DNA of 64,000 nt, from assembly GCA_963788935.1 (NCBI GenBank), contig CAWBIM010000017.1:182543-246542 (forward strand), read 5' to 3'. The stretch comes from an uncultured Actinomycetes bacterium. Lineage in GTDB: Bacteria > Actinomycetota > Thermoleophilia > Solirubrobacterales > Solirubrobacteraceae. How positions within the stretch are numbered: position 1 is the first letter of the stretch; the number at the start of each line of letters is the position of its first letter. Both the position numbers and the translations under genes were made by a program. Of this stretch, positions 9,589 through 17,455 are shown in pieces. Below the pieces are notes generated by a model. That model made no database searches, was not told the DNA's origin, and worked only from the letters and a program-made list of their open reading frames with translations.

Positions 9589-10643
9589 GTGCCCCGCTCC
9601 GAGCGCCGCTCCGTCGTCGAAGACCAGATTCCCGCCCCGCCGACGGGCCGGCATCTCCGCGCCCGCGACGCGATCGTCGCGGTGACGGTGTGCGTCGTGC
9701 TGCTGCTCCTGTTCGAGGGCGCGTCGATCCGCCGCTCGGGAGAGGAGATGGACTCCGGGTGGGAGCGCACGCTCGTGCTCTTCGCCGGGCGGCCCGCCGG
9801 TGCGCTGTCGGACGCCACCGGGCTCGGCGACGTCAAGGACCGCCTCGTCGCCTGGGCGCACCCCGACGACGGGCTGTCGGGGCCCGGGGGCTTCGAGCAG
9901 GCGGCCGACACCGAACTCGGCGGCGCAACCCGTCGCACCGGTGACCTCGGACGCCTTCGATCCGCGGCAACTCGGTCAGCGGCCGGCGACGCCACGGGCC
10001 TTGAGGACCGTCCTCGTGACCGGCGACTCGCTCGCGCAACCGCTGGACGCCAAGGTCGGGCGGGCGTTCGCGGCGGCCGGCGGGGACGTGCGGGTCGTCC
10101 GCGACGCGCGGATCGGCACGGCGATCTCGAAGCCCGACATCGTGGACTGGGGTCAGCTCGCCACCTCGCAGGTTCGTGAGCGGCACCCCGACGCGGTCGT
10201 GATGTTCATGGGCGCCAACGAGGGCTTCCCGATGCGCTCGCGCGGCCGGACGCTGGACTGCTGCGGCGCCGACTGGGCGGCCGAGTACGCCTTTCGCGCG
10301 CGGCAGATGATGAACACCTACCGCCAGGCGGGCGCGGCGCGCGTGTACTGGTTGACCATCCCGGGTCCGCGCGACCCGGCGAGGCAGCGCATCAGCCGCG
10401 CCGTCAACGCCGCGATCGCGGTGGCGGCGGGCCCCGTACCGCGCCCAGGTGCGCGTCGTCGACCTGACCAGCCTGTTCACGCCGGGCGGGCGTTATCGGG
10501 CGGCGATGCCGGTCGGCGGGCGACGCGAGCTCGTCCGGCAGGCCGACGGCGTGCACCTCAACGACGCCGGCGCCACCGTGGCCCTGCGGCCGGTGCTGGC
10601 GGCGCTGCGCGCGGACTTCGGCCCGCAGCGCGTGCCCGGCTAG
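9589..10643 (+). pseudogene. membrane-anchored DUF459-type SGNH hydrolase (AlgJ/AlgX/PatB-like partner of the MBOAT) with two apparent 1-nt frameshifts
   Basis: Three frames are needed: TM anchor AIVAVTVCVVLLLLF (frame of 9589); RTVLVTGDSLAQPLD..VVMFMGANEGFPM..CCGADWAAEYAFRARQMM..VYWLTIPGPR (frame of 9800); APYRAQVRVVDLTSLFTPGGRY..RQADGVHLNDAG (frame of 10449). Block order matches the paralogue 6828..8084. 1055 nt = 3n+2. Starts 4 nt after the MBOAT stop. Confidence 0.75.
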
Positions 10644-11002
10644 GTGAACTGCTCGTAGCTGAAGCGGATCGCCCGTTCCCCGTCGCGGCAGGTCGCGCGC
10701 GCATCGAACTGGGTCGGGATCGTCTCGCGCGTCTCGGTGCACCGGAATCCCTGCACCCGCGACACGCAACGTCCTTTGGCGCCGCCGTTCGCACGGCGGC
10801 AGCGGTGGAAGGCCTTCACCACGCTCTTGGCCTTCGTGCACGTCACGTTTGTCGCGGTCAGCTTCGTCACGTAGGTCGTGCCGAGCTTGCGGCCGTCCTT
10901 GCTCACGTCGCAGCGGGTCGCCGCGGCCGCCGGCGAAGCCGCGAGAACGCCGCCGGCAGCGACGAGGGACGCGAGAAGAACCGACAGACGGGCGCTGGAC
11001 AT
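10640..11002 (-). CDS. small secreted Cys-rich protein (120 aa), unknown function
   Basis: Signal MSSARLSVLLASLVAAGGVLAASPAAAA, then 6 Cys in about 90 aa (CDVSKDG..NVTCTKAKS..FHRCRRANGGAKGRCVSRVQGFRCTE..ATCRDG). ATG is the rc of cat 11000-11002. Confidence 0.6.
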   Translation of the reverse strand: MSSARLSVLLASLVAAGGVLAASPAAAATRCDVSKDGRKLGTTYVTKLTATNVTCTKAKSVVKAFHRCRRANGGAKGRCVSRVQGFRCTETRETIPTQFDARATCRDGERAIRFSYEQFT

Positions 11003-11092
11003 GCGGCCATCGTATGCACCGCCGGGGGCCGATCGCAGCGTTGCCGTCGCGCACTGACGGTGTGCCGAACGCTCACGTACTCTTCCGCGGCG

Positions 11093-11963
11093 GTGCGACG
11101 CCCGCTCACGTGCTTGCTGGTCTGCGCCGGAGTGCTCCTCGGCTGCGCCGGCCCCGCATCGGCGTGCACCGCGGCGACGCGCAGTTCGGCGCGCCACCTG
11201 CGTCCCGCCCACGGACGCCCGCCGCTGATCATCGGCGACTCCACGATGATCTTCGCGGCGCCGGTCCTCGGTGGCCTGGGCTTCGAGGCCGACGCCCGCG
11301 GCTGCCGCCAGTTCTCCGCCGGTGTCACGATGATCGCCGCGCGCCGGCACGCCGGCACGCTGCCGCGAATCGCGATCCTGGCGCTCGGCGCCAACGGCCC
11401 GATCCCGGCGTCCGGAGTCCGCGCCGCGCTCCGCGCCGTCGGCCGGCGCCGGATCCTCGGGCTCGTCACACCGCGCAACTCGGGCTCGAGCCAGAGCCAG
11501 ATGCGTCGCGCCGCCGGCGCGCACCCCAACCGGGTGTTGCTCATCGACTGGGCGCGCTACAGCGCACGGCCACGGGAGCTGGTTCGGCGGTGACGGACTG
11601 CACGTCAACCAGGCCGGGGCGCGCGCGTTCGCGCGCCTCGTCCGCCGGCGCGTCGCGCCGCTCGTCTCGCCGCCGGTGAAGGCGCTGCACATGCCGCGAA
11701 CGGTCGAAGGGCGGCGCGGCTGCGCGACGGTGCGGCGGGCCGGTCGGACCTGGCGGGTGTTCGTGACGCGGGGCGCGCGACTGGTGTCCTGCGCCCGGGC
11801 GCGCGAGCTCGCGCGCCGCTCACCGCTGCGCCCGACTCCGGGGTGGGTCGCCTACGACTGGAGCCGGACCGGCGACGGCCCCTGGCAGACGGTCGTGGCC
11901 CGCGCCGACCGCAAGGTCGTCATCGGCGTCACGTCGGCCAGGTCCACACCGTCGTCCGGCTGA
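11093..11963 (+). pseudogene. SGNH-type hydrolase lipoprotein with extra C-terminal domain, 1-nt frameshift near 11565
   Basis: GTG 11093 gives VRRPLTCLLVCAGVLLGCAG (lipobox). PLIIGDSTMIF, ILALGANGP and LLIDWARYSA follow, then the conserved block V (HGSWFGGDGLHVNQAGARAF) continues in the frame of ORF 11676..11963. 871 nt = 3n+1. Confidence 0.65.
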
Positions 11964-11984
11964 GGGACCGAAGGCGCTCGACGG

Positions 11985-12404
11985 TCAGTCGCCGACGCCG
12001 ATGGTGACGGCCCAGCGCGCGACGGGGCGCCCCGCGACGATCCAGCGATACTCGTACGCGCCGGTGGCACCTGGCGCGACCAGGAACACCGCGTCGTCAC
12101 GTCCCACACGCCCCGTCGCTCCCGTCTTGCAGCCGACGCGGGCTCCCCCGCGATACCAGCACACCCGATACGGGGTTCGCGCCCGCCGGTTGTCGCGGAA
12201 CACGCCGGTGTACCCGTCGCCCACCACGAAGTGGTGCTTGGCCACGCGCCCGTTCGCGGAGTTGCCGACGAGCTTCGCACTGAACCGCGGCACGGCGGCG
12301 TCCGCGGCGACGGCGCCCGGCAGAGAGGCGGCGACGAGAACGGCCACGCCGATTCGCAGCAATCGTGCCGTCGCCGAGCTGCTGCTCCTGGAGCGATTCA
12401 CCAT
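11985..12404 (-). CDS. small secreted hypothetical protein (139 aa)
   Basis: MVNRSRSSSSATARLLRIGVAVLVAASLPGAVAADA signal, then a beta-rich mature part (YRVCWYRGGARVGCKTG, YEYRWIVAGRPVARWAVTIGV). Confidence 0.55.
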   Translation of the reverse strand: MVNRSRSSSSATARLLRIGVAVLVAASLPGAVAADAAVPRFSAKLVGNSANGRVAKHHFVVGDGYTGVFRDNRRARTPYRVCWYRGGARVGCKTGATGRVGRDDAVFLVAPGATGAYEYRWIVAGRPVARWAVTIGVGD

Positions 12405-12557
12405 CGAGATCCTGGTCCAGAACGCCGTGATCGTCCAACCATGGGCCCAGTGGCCGGGCGCGGCACACCGAGACATGGGCCGTGGCGTCGAACACGCAGC
12501 GTTCGTTGATCGCTCGACGCGGTGCTCGCCGCCGGGCCTCCGGTGCGCCCGCCGGCG

Positions 12558-15500
12558 TCACACGGTCCGCGGGTCGTACGCCGCCGGACCGGGCGCCTCC
12601 CCGCGCTCGACCTGCGCCAGCTGCTCGCGGGCGCGGTCGGCGTCGGCGACGCTGCCCTTCGCCTCGGCGAGCGCCAACGCCTCCCGCAGCGGCGGGCTGG
12701 GGTCCTCGCCGGCGCTCGCGAGCGCGGCCGCCGCGGCGAGGCGGGCGTGCACGCGGAGGTGGACGAAGTCGGTCGTGTCGGCGAGCTCGACGGCGGAGCG
12801 GGCGGCGTGCAGCGCCGCCTCCCCGTCCCCGCGCCGCGCCGCGATCTTCGCGCGCACGGCGCGCAGCAGCGCGTGGGAGTAGGCGTCCTCGGCGCCCGCC
12901 GAGCGCTCGCTCGCCGCCGCGAGGGCCTCGGCCTCGTCGTCGCGTCCCTGGCGGTGGACGGCCTCGGCCAGCAGGCCGGCGATCGTGGACAGCCAGGACA
13001 GCTCGCCGATCTCGGTCAGCCGCTCGTAGCCCACGCGCAGCTCGCGCTCGGCGCGGACGGGGTCGCCGGCGAGCAGCTCGACCCAGCCCGCGAACTGGGC
13101 GACCGGCCCGGCCAGCCAGACCGTCAGCGCGATCTCCTCGAGCAGCGCCTTGGCCCGCTCGACGAGCCGTCGCGCGTCCTCGACGCGGCCCTCGTCGGCG
13201 GTGAGGACGGCCTGGGCGACGAGCGCGCTCGCCATCACCTTCTTGTCGCCCTCCGCCCGGGCGAGGACCTCGGCGCAGCGGCGCAGGCCCTCGGCGACGG
13301 GCGTCGGGCCGGCCCAGACGACGAGCGGCACCCAGGCCAGGCTCTCGAGCTCGTCGCGGCGGTCGCCGTGGCGGCGGGCGTGCTCGGCCGCGCGCGTCCA
13401 CGCGTCCTCGGCGGCGCGGAACTCGGCGCGCTCGATGTGCAGCAGCCCGAGCAGCGCCCACGCCTTCGCCAGCCCGCGCTCGTCGCCGGCGGCGTCGAAG
13501 GCGGCGATGGCCTGCGTCGCCTCCTCCTCGGCCTGGGCCGCCCAGCCCTCGGGGTTGTGGGCGAGCCGGACCCACAGCGCGATGATCGCGGCGTAGGGCT
13601 GGAGGTCGGGCGCGTCGGCCGCGGTCGCCGCCGCGGTCGTCTCGGCCGCGATCTGCGGGAGGCGGTCCAGGTCACCCGTCTCGAGCAGCGCGAACGCGAG
13701 CTGGGCCAGGACCTCGGCGCGCTCGCGCGTGCCCGCCGGCGACAGCCCGGCCGCCCGCGAGAGCAGGTTCACGGCCGCGGGCATGTCGCCGCGGTCGAGG
13801 GCGCGGGCCCCGGCGGCGGCGAGGATCGTCGCCGCCCGCCGGCCGAGTGCGTCGGGGCGGTCGCCGAGCGGGGCCACCTCGAGCAACAGCCGCCGCGCCT
13901 GCTCGACGTGGTAGCCGAGGATCTCCTCGAACTCCCCGGCCATGTCGCGCGCCTCGACCTCCAGCCAGTCGGCCAGGCGCTCGTGCAGCTCGGCCCGCTC
14001 CGCCTTCGGGATGCCCTGGTAGGCGGCGTCGCGGATCAGGATGTGGCCGAAGCGGAACGAGGCCTCGAGGCCGGCGGCCGAGTAGTCGGGCCGGATGAGC
14101 TCCTTGCGCGTCAGCGACTGCAGGTGCGAGATGACGCGCGGGCGCTCCTCGCCGCCGGAGATCTCGGCCACGGCCGCCCACCAGAACACGCGCCCCACGA
14201 CCGAGGCGCGCTCGATCACCGCGCGCTCGGCCGGGTCGAGCCGCGCCAGGCGGGCCGTCAGCAGCGCATGGATGGTCGGCGGGATCGTGATCTCCGACAG
14301 CGCGCGGGTCGCCGCCCAGCGGCCGTCGCGGCGTTCGAGGACGCCGTCGTCGACGAGCATCCGCAGCGTCTGCTCGACGAACAGCGGGTTGCCCTCGGCG
14401 AGCTCGGCGATGCGCGCCCGGGCGCCGGGCTCGAGCTCCTCGCCCTCGAGCAGCCCCTGGATCAGGCCGTCGGTCTCGGCCGCGGTCAGCGGCGGCAGCG
14501 TCATCACGGTCGCGTTCGCCTTCGGGGTCACCCACTCGGGGCGGACCTCGAGCAGCTCCGGCCGGGCGAGGCAGAGCAGCAGCACCGGGGCGCCGCGCAG
14601 CCAGTCGGCGAGGTAGTCGAGCAGGTCGAGGAACGTCGGCTCGCCCCACTGGATGTCGTCGAAGACGGCGACGAGCGGGCGTTCCGTGCCGAGGTGCTCG
14701 AACAGCTTTCGCACCGCCCAGAACGTCTCCTGGATCGCGGCCCGCCCCGGGTCGACGCCGAGCAGCGGGGCGAGCCGCTCGGCGACGAGGGCGGCGTCCT
14801 CGTCGGCGCCGAGCAGGGCCGAGATCTTGCGCCGCGTCTCCTCCGGGCGGTCGCGCTCGGCGATGCCGGCCGCGTCCATGAGCGCGGCCGCGATCGGCCA
14901 GAACGTGATGCCCTCGCCGTAGGGCAGGCAGCGCCCCTCGACGACCGTCGCGTGGTCGCCGAGCCGCGCGGCGAGCTCGTGGCTGAGGCGCGACTTGCCC
15001 GCCCCGGCCGGGCCGAAGACGGTGACGACCTCGCACGACCCGGAATCCGTCACGCGGGCGAACACCGAGTCGAGGACCGCGAGCTCGCGGTCGCGGCCGA
15101 CGAGCGCCGAGGCGAGGTTGCGCGCCCAGCCGCTCGCGCCGGGCACGACCTCGTGCAGCGCCCACGCCTCGAGCGGCACGGGCTTGCCCTTGACCTGCAG
15201 CGGCCCGACGGAGCTCGCCGACACCGCGTCGCGCACCAGCCGGTAGGTCGCCTCGCCGAGCAGGACCTGGCCGGGCTCGGCCGCCTGCTCGAGCCGCGCG
15301 GCGACGTTCACGGGGTCGCCGAGGATCGGCTCCTGGCCGCGCCGCCGGTCACCCGTGAAGACCTCGCCCGTGTTGATCCCGGTGCGCGTCTGCAGCGCGA
15401 TGCCCCACGTGCGCTCGAGCTCGTCGTTGAGCGCGCGCAGCGCCTCGCGCATCTCGGCCGCGGCGCGCACGGCGCGGACGGCGTCGTCCTCGTGGACCCG

Positions 15501-15869
15501 CGGGATGCCGAAGACGGCCATGACCGCGTCGCCGATGAACTTCTCCACGGTGCCGCCGTGGCGCTCGATCGCCGCGCGCATGGCCGCGAAGTAGCGGGCC
15601 ATGATCTGCAGCAGCGACTCCGGGTCGAGCACGTGCCCGAGGTCCGTCGAGCCGACCACGTCCGCGAACAGGATCGTGACGGTCTTGCGCGTGTCGACCT
15701 CCGCCGCGCCGCCCGGCAGGGCGGTCCCGCATGCGCGGCAGAAGCGGGCGTTCGTCTGGTTCTCGGTGTCGCACGCCGGGCAGATCGAGGTCACGCCCCA
15801 GGCATTGTCCGGGGTCCGCGCGGCTCGTGGCAAGCGCGCGGGCAGGCCCGGACCGCGAGTTGACACCAT
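12558..15869 (-). CDS. zinc-ribbon / class III adenylate-guanylate cyclase / STAND (AAA) ATPase / TPR multidomain signalling protein
   Basis: 1103 aa. CPACDTENQTNARFCRACG. Cyclase blocks TILFADVVGSTDL, KFIGDAVMAVFG, RTGINTGEV and GDPVNVAARLE. P-loop FGPAGAGKSRL. C-terminal half is helical-repeat/TPR-like. An alternative GTG start lies at 15794. Confidence 0.9.
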   Translation of the reverse strand: MVSTRGPGLPARLPRAARTPDNAWGVTSICPACDTENQTNARFCRACGTALPGGAAEVDTRKTVTILFADVVGSTDLGHVLDPESLLQIMARYFAAMRAAIERHGGTVEKFIGDAVMAVFGIPRVHEDDAVRAVRAAAEMREALRALNDELERTWGIALQTRTGINTGEVFTGDRRRGQEPILGDPVNVAARLEQAAEPGQVLLGEATYRLVRDAVSASSVGPLQVKGKPVPLEAWALHEVVPGASGWARNLASALVGRDRELAVLDSVFARVTDSGSCEVVTVFGPAGAGKSRLSHELAARLGDHATVVEGRCLPYGEGITFWPIAAALMDAAGIAERDRPEETRRKISALLGADEDAALVAERLAPLLGVDPGRAAIQETFWAVRKLFEHLGTERPLVAVFDDIQWGEPTFLDLLDYLADWLRGAPVLLLCLARPELLEVRPEWVTPKANATVMTLPPLTAAETDGLIQGLLEGEELEPGARARIAELAEGNPLFVEQTLRMLVDDGVLERRDGRWAATRALSEITIPPTIHALLTARLARLDPAERAVIERASVVGRVFWWAAVAEISGGEERPRVISHLQSLTRKELIRPDYSAAGLEASFRFGHILIRDAAYQGIPKAERAELHERLADWLEVEARDMAGEFEEILGYHVEQARRLLLEVAPLGDRPDALGRRAATILAAAGARALDRGDMPAAVNLLSRAAGLSPAGTRERAEVLAQLAFALLETGDLDRLPQIAAETTAAATAADAPDLQPYAAIIALWVRLAHNPEGWAAQAEEEATQAIAAFDAAGDERGLAKAWALLGLLHIERAEFRAAEDAWTRAAEHARRHGDRRDELESLAWVPLVVWAGPTPVAEGLRRCAEVLARAEGDKKVMASALVAQAVLTADEGRVEDARRLVERAKALLEEIALTVWLAGPVAQFAGWVELLAGDPVRAERELRVGYERLTEIGELSWLSTIAGLLAEAVHRQGRDDEAEALAAASERSAGAEDAYSHALLRAVRAKIAARRGDGEAALHAARSAVELADTTDFVHLRVHARLAAAAALASAGEDPSPPLREALALAEAKGSVADADRAREQLAQVERGEAPGPAAYDPRTV

Positions 15870-15926
15870 CCCCCAAACCGGATACGGCTGCCCTGTCCAG
15901 CATCGACCCGGGGGTGGGACTTGAGC

Positions 15927-16247
15927 ATGGAGCAGGAGAAGGACTCGCGCGACCAGCGCGCCCTCGAGGCGCTCGCGATCGTCGCCGAGGCGCTCGCCGA
16001 GGCCACGACACGCGACCGACTCAAGAAGGATCTGCGCACGACGCTCTCCGACGTGCTCGCGCGCGAGAAGCGCGAGATCGGCGACCTCCCCGACGAGGTG
16101 GTCGAGTTCTTCGCCAACCTCTCGTCCGAGGAGCTCGAGGCGCTGGCGAAGCTCCAGTCGACGATGACCGGTCTCAAGGACAAGGGCTTCGCGAGCCTCG
16201 TCGAAGAGGTCGAGGTCAACCCGAAGTTCACGCTCGCCAAGCTGTGA
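15927..16247 (+). CDS. small acidic helical protein (106 aa), unknown function
   Basis: MEQEKDSRDQRALEALAIVAEALAEA..LPDEVVEFFANLSSEELEALAKLQSTMTGLKDKGF..NPKFTLAKL. 39/106 residues are charged. No C/W/H/Y. Purine-rich GGGGTGGGA lies upstream. The stop overlaps the next start (GTGA). The track start at TTG 15921 is also possible. Confidence 0.7.
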   Translation: MEQEKDSRDQRALEALAIVAEALAEATTRDRLKKDLRTTLSDVLAREKREIGDLPDEVVEFFANLSSEELEALAKLQSTMTGLKDKGFASLVEEVEVNPKFTLAKL

Positions 16248-16930
16248 GCGCCACGACCACGCGCCCCGCCGCCCCGGGGCGCGACCTGCGGCGCAAGCTC
16301 CGTATCGCCGTGCCCGCGCTGTCCGATGCGGGCGACCGGCTCATCGCCGATCCCGACGTCCGCGAGCTGTATCCCGAATACCTCTTCGTCTCCCACTGCG
16401 TCATCCGCGCGAGCGTGCCGCTCATGCGCACCGCCCGCGAGCGCGCGCTGACGCTCGCCGACGACGACCCGGTCTGCGCCCGTCTCGCGCCGTACCTGGA
16501 GGAGCACATCGAGGAGGAGCTCGACCACGACGAGTGGCTGCTGGACGACCTCGAGTCGATCGGCCGGCCGCGCGCGGAGATCCTGACCCGGCCGCCCGTC
16601 CCGACCGTCGCCGCCCTCGTCGGGGCGCAGTACTACTGGGTCCTGCACCACCATCCGGTCGCCCTGCTCGGCTACATCGGGCTGCTCGAGGGCTTCCCGC
16701 CCTCGCCCGCGATGATCGACGAGCTGCGCGCCCGCACCGGCTATCCCGAGTCCGCGTTCCGCACGCTCGTCGCCCACGCCGAGCTCGACCCGCGCCACGG
16801 CGACGAGCTGTTCGCGCTCGTCGACGAGCTGCCGCTGACGCCCGAGCAGGCCGCCGTCATGGGGCTGAGCGGCCTGCACTCGGTCGAGATGTACGCCAAG
16901 GCGCTCGAGGAGGTGCTGGCCCGCGCCTAG
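16244..16930 (+). CDS. iron-containing redox enzyme family / haem-oxygenase-like fold protein (228 aa)
   Basis: GTG 16244 is in frame with ORF 15731..16930. YPEYLFVSHCVIRASVPLM, LAPYLEEHIEEELDHDEWLLDDLESIG, YYWVLHHHPVALLGYIGLLEG, LVAHAELDPRHGDELF. The helical-bundle pattern and carboxylate/His motifs resemble PF14518/TenA/PqqC-type proteins (recognised from memory, not searched). Confidence 0.7.
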   Translation: MSATTTRPAAPGRDLRRKLRIAVPALSDAGDRLIADPDVRELYPEYLFVSHCVIRASVPLMRTARERALTLADDDPVCARLAPYLEEHIEEELDHDEWLLDDLESIGRPRAEILTRPPVPTVAALVGAQYYWVLHHHPVALLGYIGLLEGFPPSPAMIDELRARTGYPESAFRTLVAHAELDPRHGDELFALVDELPLTPEQAAVMGLSGLHSVEMYAKALEEVLARA

Positions 16931-17442
16931 CCCGGCGCGCCGGCGGCCATCAGCAGGCAGGTCGCCGTGCCGTGGGCGTGGAGCTTGCCCGTCGCCTCGG
17001 CGACGACGCGGGCCTCGGCCGTCGCGATCGTCCGCCCGCGGTGGATGACCGTCCCCTCGCAGCGCAGCCGGCCGGTGTCGCGCGTGATCGGGCGGGCGAA
17101 GTTCACCTTCACCTCGAGCGAGGTGTAGAGCACCCCGGCCTCGAGCGTGCTCTGCACCGCGCAGCCGGTCGCCGAGTCGACGAGCGTCGCGGCGAGCCCG
17201 CCGTGGACGACGCCGATCGGGTTGTAGTGGAACTCCTGCGGCGTGACGGCGAAGACGGCCCGGCCCTCGGCCACCTCGTCGAGCTCGAAGCCCATGAGCA
17301 CGGCGATCGGCGGGGGCGGCAGCGCGCCGCTGCGGATCGCCTCGAGGTGCTCGAGCCCGGAGAGCCCGAGCCGCTCGCCGGCGGCGGCGACGGGGTCCTC
17401 CCACGTGATCGTGCGCTCGCGCTCCGTCGTCGGTTTCGTCAC
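16927..17442 (-). CDS. PaaI family (hotdog fold) thioesterase
   Basis: 171 aa. NPIGVVHGGLAATLVDSATG; the ..LEVKVNFARP.. pattern is typical of PaaI/YdiI. Confidence 0.85.
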   Translation of the reverse strand: MTKPTTERERTITWEDPVAAAGERLGLSGLEHLEAIRSGALPPPPIAVLMGFELDEVAEGRAVFAVTPQEFHYNPIGVVHGGLAATLVDSATGCAVQSTLEAGVLYTSLEVKVNFARPITRDTGRLRCEGTVIHRGRTIATAEARVVAEATGKLHAHGTATCLLMAAGAPG

Positions 17443-17455
17443 GAAACCGACGCTA

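Noticed and set aside
12522-15863. 1113-aa plus-strand ORF antisense to the cyclase-STAND gene, plus the 492-aa and 497-aa minus-strand alternative-frame ORFs
   Set aside because: Only the 12558..15869 frame shows cyclase, P-loop and TPR features. The others are compositional artefacts.
15927-16247. Idea that the 106-aa protein is a RiPP precursor (the LSSEELEAL motif is reminiscent of Nif11/NHLP-type leaders, and of small cluster-associated proteins I only vaguely recall)
   Set aside because: It has no Cys/Ser/Thr-rich core, no Gly-Gly-type cleavage motif, and no maturase, protease or exporter nearby. My recollection of similar families is too weak to cite, so this is left as speculation inside the finding.
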